NCBI RefSeq assembly: GCF_006345805.1
Contig: NC_043001.1
Span: 130,882,001 to 130,946,000 of the forward strand
DNA: 64,000 nucleotides
Reading direction: 5' to 3'
Source: Octopus sinensis
Lineage: Eukaryota
The position numbers were made by a program, and so were the translations under genes. A model generated the notes under the pieces. The model was not told where the DNA came from. It searched no databases and saw only the letters and a list, made by a program, of their open reading frames with translations. Below are positions 24,950-37,849 of the stretch, piece after piece; positions within the stretch are counted from its first letter, which is position 1; each line of letters begins with the position of its first letter.

Positions 24950-25370
24950 AATCAATGCTGCTGAAAGCCCAGTTAAGCTGAACTGGCCACATAATCAAAA
25001 TGACTGACAGTCATGTAATCAGACAGATGTTGTACAGCAAGGTCACACAGGGCTCACACAAACAAGGAAGGATTAAACTGAAAAACAAGGGCTCTCTAAA
25101 AAGCAACCTGAAGTGGAAGAGCATTAGTCCATGCAAACTTGAAGCCTCAACTACTGACAGATCGACGCAGAGGTCTCTTACCTCATGAGCAGCAGCTGCT
25201 GCCTTTGAAGAGGACCTGTGTCAAGGTCTTGCTGCTGCAAGAGACAGATGTCTCAGAGCAGCAACTGCCTCAATACAGACAACAGAATATCATTGTGACA
25301 CCTTTTGGCACCTGTGTGCTTCCAGCTCTGGAGTCATCTGTGCTCTCATCCCTGAGAACACAGACTTTGT
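24950..25370 (+). mobile_element. RTE/BovB-like LINE ORF C-terminal remnant
   Basis: MTDSHVIRQMLYSKVTQGSHKQGRIKLKNKGSLKSNLK...DR...FE...C..C resembles the RM.D.R..QLLY.EL..G.R..GRP..R.KD.LK terminal motif. Confidence 0.6.
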
Positions 25371-25529
25371 CATTGCCAGACTCTGATGGACAACATACAA
25401 CATCATAGTATTGCAGACACAGTTATGTACACAACCAGTCATACTTTCATATGCAATTACACAGCCTATCATATTTACTGATTAAGTGTATTCCTAGTGC
25501 TCCTTCACAGAGTCTAACATATTCTCTTT

Positions 25530-25746
25530 TCTCTTTCTCTTTTACTTGTTTCAGTCATTTGACTGCGGCCATGCTGGAGCACCGCCTTTTAGTCGAGCAA
25601 ATCAACCCCGGGACTTATTCTTTGTAAGCCCAGTACTTATTCTATCGGTCTCTTTTGCCAAACCGCTAAGTGACGGGGACGTAAACACACCAGCATCGGT
25701 TGTCAAGCAATGCTAGGGGGACAAACACAGACACACAAACACACAA

Positions 25747-25777
<31 letters not shown>

Positions 25778-25949
25778 CATATATACGACAGACTTCTTTC
25801 AGTTTCCGTCTACCAAATCCACTCACAAGGCATTGGTCAACCCGGGGCTATAGCAGAAGACACTTGCCCAAGGTGCCACGCAGTGGGACTGAACCCGGAA
25901 CCATGTGATTGGTGAGCAAGCTACTTACCACACAGCCACTCCTGCGCCT
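25530..25949 (-). mobile_element. SINE family A, full length
   Basis: Reverse complement of family A. Confidence 0.85.
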
Positions 25950-26405
25950 ATATATGATCAATTAGTATTGCAAAATCTGAATTACACTTCTGTGTAACCA
26001 TTACTGCTACACTCTGCTAATCATTAATAGATATCAGTTAAACACAGCTAACTAATTAATAGGCATAATAACTTGCTTTTTTATTAATAAAATAAGTATA
26101 CTGATAATAGCAACATTAAAATAGCAAAAAAGTTTATTGTGCATCGCAAAAAAAAATATAAATAAAACAGCATTTTAGAATTACATTAGTTAAAGAATAA
26201 ATATTGGTTAGAAAAAAAAACAATGTCACCTACTTCAGTCACTTGTTTTACAGAGCGTAAAAAGTAAAGATTTTTTAGTACTTTAATGAATATATTTAGT
26301 CTCATAGACATTTGGATATCATAGACATCAATGAATGAATAAGCCTGTCAGTCAATTATTCTGTCTGTCTATCTATCTATCCATCTATCTATACATACAT
26401 ACATA

Positions 26406-26439
<34 letters not shown>

Positions 26440-26935
26440 CTTGTGTATGTGTATACATCATATGCTTCTATGGCAACTACCTAATTAGCACCACCAACAG
26501 ATTTCCCTGGCATAAATTCATTCCTTTGTTTTATTTCATATTCAGCAATTCTTGGACGTTTCCTGGCTCTTTAGTTTGTGCACAATATATTGGATTTACT
26601 GGATTGTTTTCTCCTTTTGCACATCCTATTTTAGAATGACAAAAGTTGAAGAAAAAATATCGATTAGGAAAAAAATATATGATGCCACCCACATAAGATA
26701 CTTGGTTCACCATGTGTAATGGTAGAGACTTTTCATTACTCTAATGACTATATTATGTCTCATCCATATTTTCATTCTTCTTTCCATGTACTTAGGAGAT
26801 GCGAAAGTCTTAGAAGTAAAATTAAAATTACAACCAAATCAATATTAGCATATGGCATAAACTTTTCTGTTTATTTAACCCTTTTGTTACCGTATTTATT
26901 TTGAGATGCTCTGTGTTTCTTTCCATTATTTTAAG

Positions 26936-27066
26936 GGCATCCAGCCGTAGAAACACTGCCAGATCTGACTGGGCCTGATGAAGCCTTCTGGCTTCACAGA
27001 CCCCAGTTGAACCGTCCAACCCATGCTAGCATGGAAAACGGACGCTAAACTATGATGATGATGATG
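26936..27066 (+). mobile_element. RTE-type 3' UTR fragment
   Basis: gggcatccagccgtagaaac...(gat)n. Confidence 0.8.
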
Positions 27067-27096
27067 AATTTAGAAAATTAACTTAGTTATCATTAA

Positions 27097-27316
27097 CCCT
27101 TTCGTTACTGTATTTATTTTGAGATGCTCTGTGTTTCTTTCAATTACTTTAAATATAACAAAGAATTTAGTAAAATAACTTAGTTATCATTAAGCTGGTA
27201 TTAGGAACACAAATTGTGACTAAGGTTTGTGGGAAGATTTTAATTCAGAACTTTTGAAAACAAGACATTTACACTGAGAGCCAGAGCCAGTTTCAGCCGG
27301 GTTGGTAACGAAAGGG
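27097..27316. mobile_element. piggyBac-like MITE (inner copy, 220 bp)
   Basis: Perfect TIRs CCCTTTCGTTAC and GTAACGAAAGGG with TTAA on both sides. Confidence 0.85.
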
Positions 27317-27581
27317 TTAAGCTAGTGTTAGGAACATAAATTGTAACTAAGGTTTAGTGAAAGGTTTTAATTCAAAACTTATGTGAACAAAACATTTGTA
27401 CTACAGAACCAGAGCTGGTTTCAGCCAGGTTGGGAACGAAAGGGTTAATACTTGGAAATCGAAAAAGTGACCACTCAGACATAAATTCATCCCAATATCT
27501 CATAGAGGAGTGTGAATAGTTTGAGCTAAATATGTCATTCCACTCATTTATATTTACATATTCATGTATTTATTTATACAT

Positions 27582-27804
27582 ACTCTTTACTCTTTTACTT
27601 GTTTCAGTCATTTGACTGTGGCCATGCTGGAGCACTGCCTTTAGTCAAGCAAATCGACCCCAGGACTTATTCTTTGTAAGCCCAGTACTTATTCTATCGG
27701 TCTCTTTTGCCGAACCGCTAAGTGACGGGGACGTAAACTCACCAGCATCGGTTGTAAAGCAATGCTAGGGGGACAAACACAGACACACAAACACCACACA
27801 TACA

Positions 27805-27848
<44 letters not shown>

Positions 27849-28008
27849 CGACAGGCTTCTTTCAGTTTCTGTCTACCAAATCCACTCACAGCATTGGTGG
27901 CCCGGGCTATAGTAGAAGACACTTGCCCAAGATGCCACGCAGTGGGACTGAACCCGGAACCATGTGGTTGGTTAGCAAGCTACTTACCACACAGCCACTC
28001 CTGCACCT
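27582..28008 (-). mobile_element. SINE family A
   Basis: Reverse complement of family A. Confidence 0.85.
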
Positions 28009-28029
28009 ATGTATTTTATTTATTTATTT

Positions 28030-28311
28030 ATTTTATTTTATTTTATGTTATCTAGTTTCAGCTCATGAGCTGTGGCCATGCTGGGGCACCGCCATTTGGT
28101 GTTGCTACATGATTTTACTTCACGAATGCTTTTTAGCAATTGCCATTTGGTGCATGAGAGAGTTCGATGCAGCTGCCCTCATCTGCACCTCCTGCCGTGA
28201 AGTTGGTTCATCTGGGACGCCTGACAGGAAGAGATCCAGTTTTATTTTAAAGACATCTGCATCCACCCCATGCTGGTCTCTGAGGTTCTTCGGGAGGATA
28301 TTGAAGAGCTG
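28030..28311 (-). mobile_element. CR1/L2-like LINE 3' end
   Basis: QLFNILPKNLR...FKIKLDLFLSGVPDEP...AASNSLMHQ is a typical CR1/L2-group ORF2 C-terminus, followed by a short 3' UTR and an (ataaa)n tail. Confidence 0.7.
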
Positions 28312-28527
28312 TATGTATATATGCAAATGTGAATGTAGGTATAAACGTAGATTTACATTTTTTTTTCCCTTTTGGTGCATAGATATATTTAGCAATAGGG
28401 TAAATGCTCACATGCAATTGTCAGTGACAAGAAGAGCATCAGACCATAGAAAATGAATTTTGTTTGACCAATGCAAGCATGGGTAAGTGGGTGTTAAAAT
28501 GGTAATGATGGAGGAGATGACATACAT

Positions 28528-28924
28528 CTCTTTTACTCTTTTACTTGCTTCAGTCATTTGACTGCAGCCATGCTGGAGCACCACCTTTAGTCGAGCAAAT
28601 CAACCCCAGGACCTTTGTAAGCCTAGTACTTATTCTATCGGTCTTTTTTGCCGAACCGCTAAGTTGTGGGGACGTAAACACACCAGCATCGGTTGTCAAG
28701 CGATGTCGGGGGGACAGACACACAAACACACACACACATATATATATACATATACATATATACGATGGGCTTCTTTCAGTTTCCGTCTACCAAATCCACT
28801 CACAAGGCTTTGGTGGGCCTGAGGGTATAGTAGAAGACACTTGCCCAAGGTGCCATGCAGTGGGGACTGAACCTGGAACCATGTGGCTGGCAAGCAAGCT
28901 ACTTACCACACAGCCACTCCTGCG
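28528..28924 (-). mobile_element. SINE family A
   Basis: Reverse complement of family A. Confidence 0.85.
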
Positions 28925-29159
28925 TAAAATATGTGTGGGTGTATGAGTGTGTCTGTCTATATATTAAGTATATATATGTGTTTATGTGTGAAAAACTTTT
29001 CACCAACTGTTACTAAGAGTTTGATGTTACTGTTCTTCAGACAGTTGTGGAAACTCTGAGAAACGGTTAGTGAAGAATTTTTTAGCTTTAATAAAAGCAT
29101 ATTACTCTTCCTTCAGTATTCAAGTACTATCTTTTCCACCTTGTTTTGCATTTATGCGC

Positions 29160-29259
29160 TTACTTGTGTGTGTATGTATGTGTGTGTGTGTGAGTGTATA
29201 CATACATATATGGATAGATGATAGATAGATATACATATGTGTGTGTGTGTGTGGGAGTG

Positions 29260-29298
<39 letters not shown>

Positions 29299-29650
29299 GA
29301 TAGACAGATATACATATATGTGTGTGTGTGTGTGTGTGAGTGCATACATACATATATAGATAGATGATAGATAGATATACATATGTGTGTGTGTGTGTGT
29401 GTGTGAGTGCATACATACATATATAGATAGATGATAGATAGATATACATATATGTGTGTGTGTGTGTGTGTGAGTGCATACATACATATATAGATAGATG
29501 ATAGATAGATATACATATATGTGTGTGTGTGTGTGTGGGTGAGTGCATACATACATATATAGATAGATGATAGATAGATATACATATATGTGTGTGTGTG
29601 TGTGTGTGAGTGCATACATACATATATAGATAGATGATAGATAGATATAC

Positions 29651-29684
<34 letters not shown>

Positions 29685-29690
29685 CTATAG
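29160..29690. repeat. Compound minisatellite of ~60-bp units built from (TG)n, (TACA)n and (GATA)n
   Basis: (tg)n-agtgcatacatacatatatagatagatgatagatagatatacatat repeated about 8 times. Confidence 0.85.
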
Positions 29691-30084
29691 ATATGCATCA
29701 TATGCTTGTAAGTTAGTGTGTCGATGAATGTATGTACACAAAATTACTAATATATTACATTTAATAGCAAAAGAAGAGAAAAAAAAACCAGACAAGAAGG
29801 TACGAAACAATGAACTCCAACAGAAGCCAACCCATACCTGACCACACCACACCACAACGCCCCCCCCCAAAAAAAAACAAGAAGAAGATGTAAAACAAAA
29901 CTAAAACAACAATTTCCAACAAAACTGATGAAGCTACAATATAAAGCAAATACAGTCCGGTTGATTGTCCAATCAGGCTTATTAGATTAGCCATGAGCTT
30001 TACTCACCCAGGTAAACCTGGTTCAGAAGCAACACAGAACACATGAATAAATAATAAACAAATAACTACCACTGTTGCCATTAT

Positions 30085-30292
30085 TATTATTGTTATTATT
30101 GTTATTGTTATTATTATTATTATTATTATTATTTTATTATTATTATTAAAACGAAAGATAATGACGCATGCTAATGATAATAACAACAATTACAACAGTG
30201 ATAAAAACTGGTGATGACGATGATGGTGACTAGGAAATAATAATAATAACAATAAATATAATAATGATAATATAAAATAATAATATAAATAT

Positions 30293-30326
<34 letters not shown>

Positions 30327-30605
30327 AACAATAATATAATAATACAACAACAACAATAATGATTAAACAATAATGATATAATAATAATAATAATAATAAA
30401 AATGATACAATAAAATAAAAATAAATAAAAATAAAAAAAAAAATAATAAAATAATAATAATAATAATAATAACGATAATAATAATATAATAATAATAATA
30501 TAATAATAATAATAATAACAACAATAATGATAATAATAATTACAATAATGATAATGATAATAATAATAATAAATAATAATGATGATAATAATAATGGTAA
30601 TTGAT
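30085..30605. repeat. (TTA)n/(AAT)n low-complexity tract
   Basis: Directly visible. Confidence 0.9.
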
Positions 30606-30897
30606 AACTAGTTTATTAGGCTACTTTTGTGGTGACCAGCAGAACTCAAGTGCAACACTATTGGATCTTGTCAGTTTGTTCCGGTATTCTGTACACAATA
30701 TGACCAACAAGGTGTTCACTTTTTTTTTTCCTTTTATACACACACTTGGATATATATACACACCTATATAAATATGTATATACACATGCACATATATACA
30801 CACATGCATATATGTGTGTGTCTGTGTGTATCTATGTGTGTGTGTGTGTGTGTGTTGTGGGTATATTTACATATATAGGGGGTGGTGTGATTTTGTA

Positions 30898-30997
30898 NNN
30901 NNNNNNNNNNNNNNNNNNNNNNNNNNNNNNNNNNNNNNNNNNNNNNNNNNNNNNNNNNNNNNNNNNNNNNNNNNNNNNNNNNNNNNNNNNNNNNNNN
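30898..30997. other. Assembly gap (100 N)
   Basis: Run of N. Confidence 1.
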
Positions 30998-31329
30998 AAA
31001 CGATGATGATGATGATGATGATGATCATAGCGTTACTCCAAATGTTCATAAATGCTCATTAAAGTCACCAGTTATGATGTAATGATGATATTGAGATCAC
31101 AAGCATCTCTTTTTTGAGGTATTCTGGTGAAAGGTCTCATAGAAATTGTTGTCTCATGTTTCCCTCAGTTAGTTCTGAATGTTGTGTGTGTGTGTGCAAT
31201 GATCACTGCGGCTGTTGTGTAACCTATGCCTCATTCAAGCATAATTATTCTGTCACATATTCTGGGGAAGTAATTGTAAAACTTAAGGTTAAATGCATGA
31301 GATATATCAAGACTGGGAAGAAATGTAAG

Positions 31330-32060
31330 AAGCATGCTTTGTTGGATATGTTGTTATAATGTTAGGATATGAATGAAATGATAGCACAAAATGAACTAAG
31401 AGAAAAAAGACTGAATACCTATTTCTTTACTACCCACAAGGGGCTAAGCACAGAGAGAACAAACAAGGACAGACAAACGGATTAAGTCGATTACATCGAC
31501 CCCAGTGCATAACTGGTACTTAATTTATCGACCCCGAAAGGATGAAAGGCAAAGTCGACCTCGGCGGAATTTGAACTCAGAACGGAAAGACAGACGAAAT
31601 ACCTATTTCTTTACTACCCACAAGGGGCTAAACACAGAAGGAACAAACAAGGACAGACAAACGGAATAAGTCGATTACGTTGACCCCAGTGCATAACTGG
31701 TACTTAATTTATCGACCCCAAAAGGATAAAAGGCAAAGTCGACCTCGGCGGAATTTGAACCCAGAACGTAACGGCAGACGAAATACGGCTACGCATTTCA
31801 CCCGGCGTGCTAACGTTTCTGCCAGCTCGCTGCCTTTAAAAGACTGAATATAAGAGGGATTAGATGTGTCAAAGAGAGAAGATCAAGCGAGTATGGACAT
31901 GTGATGTGTATAGAAAATGACAGTTGGGTACAAAAGAGTTGATCACTCAAAGCTGAAAGAACATGTGAAAGAGGATGTTTAAGGAAAACAATGGACAAAT
32001 TTGTGAAAGGTGATTTCAAAAGGCTGAACCTCATAAGAATGATAACAAACAGTGAGGTAC
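31330..32060 (+). mobile_element. Diverged RTE-type ORF remnant split by a SINE B insertion
   Basis: ..NELREK/LNIRGIRC..YGHVM..; aaaagactgaata is duplicated at 31405 and 31838. Confidence 0.55.
31418..31837 (-). mobile_element. SINE family B with two tandem bodies
   Basis: One head and two bodies between 13-bp direct repeats (putative TSD). Confidence 0.85.
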
Positions 32061-32799
32061 TCAGTCAACTCATGTAGGCATGGAAGAGAAAATATAAAAT
32101 GATGGTGACATGTACATGCATGTGTGAGTATGTACATGTGTGTGTCATCAGTTCATATCTTCTATCCATGGGTTGCATGGATTGGACTGCTTAACAAGAC
32201 CCAACAGGCTGGAGGACTATGCCATGTTTCTATGGTTTGCTTGATGTTTTTCTTAAAACTAACTATTGTAAAGACTGTACTGGACTTTTTGCATAGCTGT
32301 AGAACAAGGAAGGTTGTCTAGGAATATTCAGCACTAAAGATCCCCAATCAACTGATGGGGAAAATTAAATAGACTAGGTGGTGGTGACTTTAGGCAAGAT
32401 TGTGTGTGTGTTTATGAAGCGAAAAATATAAGGAAAATGCATAGAATGTATACATTTTTTTATGTGATAAAATATTTATATAGTCAACCGGTTTCACTTT
32501 TGCTAATCATGACTAAGAAATTAGTCCTCAGTCACACCCATATATATAGATACATACATACATATAAATATGTATATATGCATGTATCTAAGGGCACCAG
32601 TTGTAATGATATTGATATTACATGCATCTCTTTTTGAGACATGTATATTTATATACCTACATGTATATATGTATGGCTTAGCTGGCCAAAACTTCGAAGT
32701 CAATACTATTCATGTTAAAGAATAATAAATTTTGTACTCTGCAAAAGTATAGAGTAACTCTTCAGATTAATACAAAATTCTTCTTCTTATAACTGAACA

Positions 32800-32913
32800 T
32801 AAACATACATACATACATACATACATACATACATACACACACACATACATACATACACACACACACACATACATACATACATACATATATACATACATAC
32901 ACACACACATACA

Positions 32914-32975
<62 letters not shown>

Positions 32976-32990
32976 CATACATACACATAT
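32800..32990. repeat. (TACA)n microsatellite
   Basis: Directly visible. Confidence 0.9.
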
Positions 32991-33089
32991 GCAAGTGTGT
33001 GTAGAATAGATTTTTCACCTGTAAACATGCATTGCTTGCCAATTATCAAGATATCAGATGTGATCAATCAAAGTCTACAATATAATGCA

Positions 33090-33940
33090 TGCCATCCAGA
33101 ACTGTTCCAAATGTTGCAGCGACAGTAGCAATAACAGTGGCAGTAGTAGTAGTAGTAATAGTAGTAAGTATTAACAACAACTATGATTGGTGTGGTGGTG
33201 GTGGTGGTGGAGATGGCTTCAGCAATCGTGCTAGAGGTACTGGAATGGGTTGTCCTTGTTTTTGCAGGTTCACTGTAGCTTCATGTAACTAGTTTTGTGG
33301 AATTGATAATGGTGACGATGATGGCAGTGGTGGTGGTCATAATAGTTGTCGTGGTGGTGGTGATGGAGATGCTGACGCTGACGTTGACAATGATGGTAGT
33401 GAGATAGTGGTCGTGGTGGTGGTCATAATATTTGTCTCAATAGTGGTGATGGTGGTGATGGAGATGCTGACGCTGACGTTGACAATGATGGTAGTGAGGA
33501 TGGTGGTGGTGGTGGTGGTAGTAGTAGTGGTGGAGGAGATGCCGAGGCTGGTATTGATAATGGTGGTGATCATGGTGGTGGTGGTGGTGGTGATGTTGAT
33601 AATGATGATGGTGGTGGTGATGGGAGTAGTGGTCATGCTGGTGGTCTTGATAGTGGTGGTGATGGTGGCAATGGTGGTAATGACAGTGGTAGTGGTCGTG
33701 ATACTGATGACAGCAATGACAATGGTAGTAGTGATAGTAGTGGTTTTCATGATGGTAGTCTTGAAGGTGGTGGTGTGATGGTGATGGTGGTGATGGTGAT
33801 GGTGGTGATGATAAAAGTTGCATTGGTGGTGGTCATGGTGATAATAATAATGACGATGATGATGGTAGTGGTGGTGGTTGCAAGGGTGGTGGTCTGATAA
33901 TGATGGTGATGACAGTGATGATGATGATGATGTGGTTGTG
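33090..33940. repeat. GGT/GAT/AGT trinucleotide mosaic
   Basis: Low complexity; contains a ~45-bp segment duplicated at ~33355 and ~33455. Confidence 0.85.
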
Positions 33941-34228
33941 GTCCTGATTTTGAATGTTGCTGTAGTTCATTTTGTTGTTCTTGTAGCAGTAGCAGTGAAG
34001 ATAGTAGTTTTCTTGTTTTGTGTTAGATTTTATTTCATTTTTGTTATGTTATGTTGTTTGATACTTGTTTTATTTTGTTTCTTGATAATTTTTCTTTTTG
34101 TTTTTTTTTTCCTTTTTACAGATCAGTTAATATTTTCTGAATAACACTTATCAAAGAACTTGCATTATCTAAACCCAAGATCTTTGGAAATAACTTTTAC
34201 TTCACACACACACACGTACACACACACG

Positions 34229-34261
<33 letters not shown>

Positions 34262-35040
34262 ACATACAGGCCCACACATACATGACTGCATACAGGCATG
34301 CATACATCAAACATCTTTTACATGTTTATAAACCTTATGAATTAAATAAAGGCTTGTACTCATCTAGATACAAACATACATATACAACAAACACACACAC
34401 TCATATATACAAACACAACTTACACACACATATATCTCAAATGTATGGTGTATGTGTGTGTACCTATACAGAGACATATATGCCAAATGTATGGATTACA
34501 AATCAACTGACACACACTTAGATCCAGCAGCACACACATAATTCATATTTCATGAAAGCATGCCAAATCCCCCACCGCCTAATAAGTGGATACACCAGGT
34601 TCATACACTATGATTAATAGAACAGAATATCTAAGTTATGTTTCTACGTCTATGTCATGGCAGGTTTATAAGTACTTGAACAACTCAAGACAGTCTAACA
34701 ACTACTTGAATTCACTCTCTTATAAGAAATAATTACCAAATCTATCTCAGATTTTACTTTGCTATCTTTAGGTAGCAAAGTAGGTGATGGTAGTCCTGGA
34801 GGATCGGTACTGAGAAAAAGAAGGGATTTGCAGGCAGTGTTGATACAGAAATTGTTTTCTTATTGTAAGGTTTCTGGTTCTATCCCAATATGTGATACCT
34901 TAAGCAAGAGTTTTATACTTTAGCCCTTTAGTATTTAATCCAGCCGTATCTGGCTCAAATATTTTACGTATTGTGTTAAAACTGACCAGATCTGACCTCT
35001 CACACCTACATTACAATGTCATTCTAAAAATATGCAAATA

Positions 35041-35562
35041 CGTAGGAGAGGCTGTGTGATAAGTAGCTTGCTTACCAACCAAATGGTTCCAGGTTCAGTC
35101 CCATTGTGTGGCACTTTGGGCAAGTGTCTTCTACTATAGACCAAAGCCTTGTGAGTGGATTTGGTAGACGGAAACTGAAAGAAGCCCGTCATAAATATAT
35201 GTTTTATTTATATTTCTGAGCGCCATACTAATACAATTGCTCGTTTGTTTTCCACCTGCCTTCGTCTTTTGTCTATTTTCATAAAGCTTCCCGTATATTA
35301 TATATATGTATATATATATATATATATTATATATATATATAATATATGTATATATACATACATATATGTATGTATGTGGTGTATACGGGTGGTGTCTGTG
35401 TTTCCCCCCCCCCCAACATCACTCGACAACCAATAGTTGTGTTTACGTCCCTGTAGCAGCTCGGCAAAAGAGACAGATAGAATAAGTCCTAGGGTTGATT
35501 TGCTCGACTAAAGGTGGTGCTCCAGCATGGCCACAGTCAAGTGAGTGAAACAAGTAAAAGAG
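35041..35562 (+). mobile_element. SINE family A interrupted at its internal (TA)n by a PLE-terminus-like fragment
   Basis: Head 35041-35200, insert ~35235-35295 (reverse complement of 18755-18815), tail to 35562. Confidence 0.7.
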
Positions 35563-35744
35563 TACACCATTGAAATTTCGAATTTAAAAGATAATGATGA
35601 TTAATTCAAAACAATGTAAATAAATAAGCACTACATTTGACAAAAAACCTGAGTGGTAAATGGTTGCTGGATTGGACCAATGCCTTTGCAAGATAAAGAA
35701 CACAGGAGTCTGTTGAGGTTTTGATAAATAACAATTTATTCTTT

Positions 35745-36176
35745 CATACGACAGGCACCCATGCCAACCCCCCTTTGCTTGCGAAGATATGTTGGGGCAA
35801 GCGAAAGCGAAAGCGAAATCGAAATCGAATTGAACCAGCCAGGATCCCTGGTCTGGTGGTACGTAAAAAGGACTATCCGACTCGTGGCCGATGCCAGCGC
35901 CGCCTCGACTTGCTTCCGTGCCGGTGGCACATAAAATACACCAATCCGACCGTGGCCGTTGCCAGCTTCGCCTGGCACCTGTGCAGGTGGCACGTAAAAA
36001 GCACCCTCTACACTCACGGAGTGGTTGGCGTTAGGAAGGGCATCCAGCTGTAGAAACATTGCCAGATAAGACTGGAGCCTGGTGCAGCCTTCTGGCTTCC
36101 CAGATCCCTGGTCGAACCGTCCAACCCATGCTAGCATGGAGAACGGACGTTAAACGATGATGATGATGATGATGAT
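35745..36176 (+). mobile_element. RTE-type LINE 3' UTR fragment
   Basis: Three ggtggcacgtaaaaa-type subrepeats followed by a (gat)n tail. Confidence 0.8.
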
Positions 36177-36519
36177 ACACAAAAAATTAATGTTGTCATT
36201 ACTATGAATGCGAAAACATGGAGAGAGTCTTTGTTTTTGGTGTAGTTGTAACGGGAGATAAAGTGCGGTTAGTTACTTGCCAGCTACTGACTTCTAACGT
36301 TGTCCATCTTCTGACCATTCATTGTCTTTGTGTTATCAGCTGCTGTCCACCGTCTCTGTAGGTCAACTCCTACAGTGTTTGTGAACACTCTCTCGGCTGC
36401 ATCCCAAAGCTCTCTGTCCAGTAGTCATGGTGTGTCGACTTTTATACTGGTCAATATGCTCAAAAGGGAATGTACCAAATGAAAGAATTGTTGCTGAAGC
36501 CTATCTGACATGAAGCTAT

Positions 36520-36877
36520 GTTTACTCTTTTTACTCTTTTACTGTTTTACTTGTTTCAGTCATTTGATTGCGGCCATGCTGGAGTACCGCCTTTAGTTGA
36601 GGGAATCGACCCCGGGACTTATTCTTTGTAAGCCCAGTACTTATTCTATCGGTCTCTTTTGCCGAACCGATAAGTGACGGGGATGTAAACACACCAGCAT
36701 CGGTTGTCAAGCAATGCTAGGGGGACAAACACAGATACGTAAACATACACACAAATACATATATATATATACATATATACGACAGGCTTCTTTCAGTTTC
36801 CATCTACCAAATCCACTCACAAGGCTTTGGTGGGCCCGAGGCTATAGCAGAAGAAACTTGCCTAAGATGCCACGCAG
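36520..36877 (-). mobile_element. SINE family A, 5' truncated
   Basis: Reverse complement of family A. Confidence 0.85.
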
Positions 36878-37074
36878 ATTTTGTTGATCATGTGGGCAAT
36901 ATTCTAGCAAATCAAATTAGGTGACTATTCCTGCTACATCTTAGAAGTAGAATTCGTTGACAGAAACAAAGAAGCACATTGTTTACACACACACACATAC
37001 ACACATTCATAGATATACTGTATATACATAGTTCATGCATGTGTGTATGTATCTGTGTATGTATATATTCAAAA

Positions 37075-37283
37075 TGTGACCGCATGTGTACTGTTGGCGA
37101 TTTTTTTTCCTTTGTCTTCCCTTCTCTGGATCTTTCCTTTTCCTATGTTTCCGTCGAAGAGCTCCGCTCAAAACGTTAAACCCTCCTTCTTCCCTTCCTT
37201 CCTGAGCGTCCAATAATACTATGTTTGTTCCACGTCCTCGCGTTGTTGTGTTTTCTCTTTGTGTTTTCATGTTTGGATTAACT
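37075..37283 (+). mobile_element. Family E repeat (hammerhead-bearing, decayed)
   Basis: GUUU-CCGUCGA-A-GAGC(UCC)GCUC-AAAA-CG-UU-AAAC at 37147-37181. Confidence 0.75.
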
Positions 37284-37849
37284 TTATACACATATGTGTC
37301 TAGATGCACGTGTGTGAGTAAAAGTTAATATGCTGCACCTTTAAAGCAGCAAGCTAGCAGAATTGTTACCATGCTGAGAAAAATGGTTTCTTGTTCATCT
37401 GCATGTTCTGAGTTCAAATTCCACTGAGGTCAACTTTATCTTTTATCCTTTCAGGGTCAGTAAATTAAGTACAAGATGAGTACTAGGGTCGATGTAATTA
37501 ACTTATCCCTCCTCTAAAATCAATGGCCTTGAGCCAAAATTTGAAACCAATATTCTACATTTTTACATGATTATCCAAGCAGATAATATATTGTCACTCT
37601 TTGCTTTCAAAGACCACTCTAACAGGAAAAAAAATCTCTTACTTGAAATACAGGTATGGTTTGGCAACAGGAAGGGCATCTAACAGTAAATTACAGCTTC
37701 AAATAAGCCTCCATCGAACTCATACCAACAAGTTAAAATGAATGTAAATGAACAAAGAATAATGGCTCGAACATGTTTAATCAAAGATATCATTCTTGAT
37801 CTAGGGTGATCTGGGACAATAAAAATAGCAGCTAAAATCTACTCAAGCA

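Larger units (their letters stand above)
26879..27444. mobile_element. piggyBac-like MITE (outer copy), interrupted by an RTE tail and a nested copy of itself
   Basis: TTAA|CCCTTTTGTTAC at 26875 and GGAACGAAAGGG|TTAA ending at 27448. Confidence 0.75.

Noticed and set aside
25700-25915. Recurrent ORFs such as MPRSGTEPGTMWLVSKLLTTQPLL and MLGGQTQTHKH
   Set aside because: Translations of SINE A copies, not a gene family
28990-29075. CUGAAGA and GAAAC motifs suggesting another hammerhead
   Set aside because: Stems cannot be arranged in hammerhead order on either strand
29120-29701. Long ORFs of 150-190 aa (also 41901-42463, 61544-61945)
   Set aside because: Translations of dinucleotide and tetranucleotide repeats (YI, CV, HT runs); no coding signal
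30008-30017. Possible 10-nt minus-strand microexon (cag|GTTTACCTGG|gtgagt)
   Set aside because: Such signals arise by chance in 64 kb; the length is not a multiple of 3 and there is no supporting evidence
33337-33823. Thr-, Val- and His-rich ORFs in several frames (also 11408-12104, 44466-44919)
   Set aside because: Trinucleotide mosaics stay open in several frames by composition; there are no splice or homology cues for a mucin-like exon
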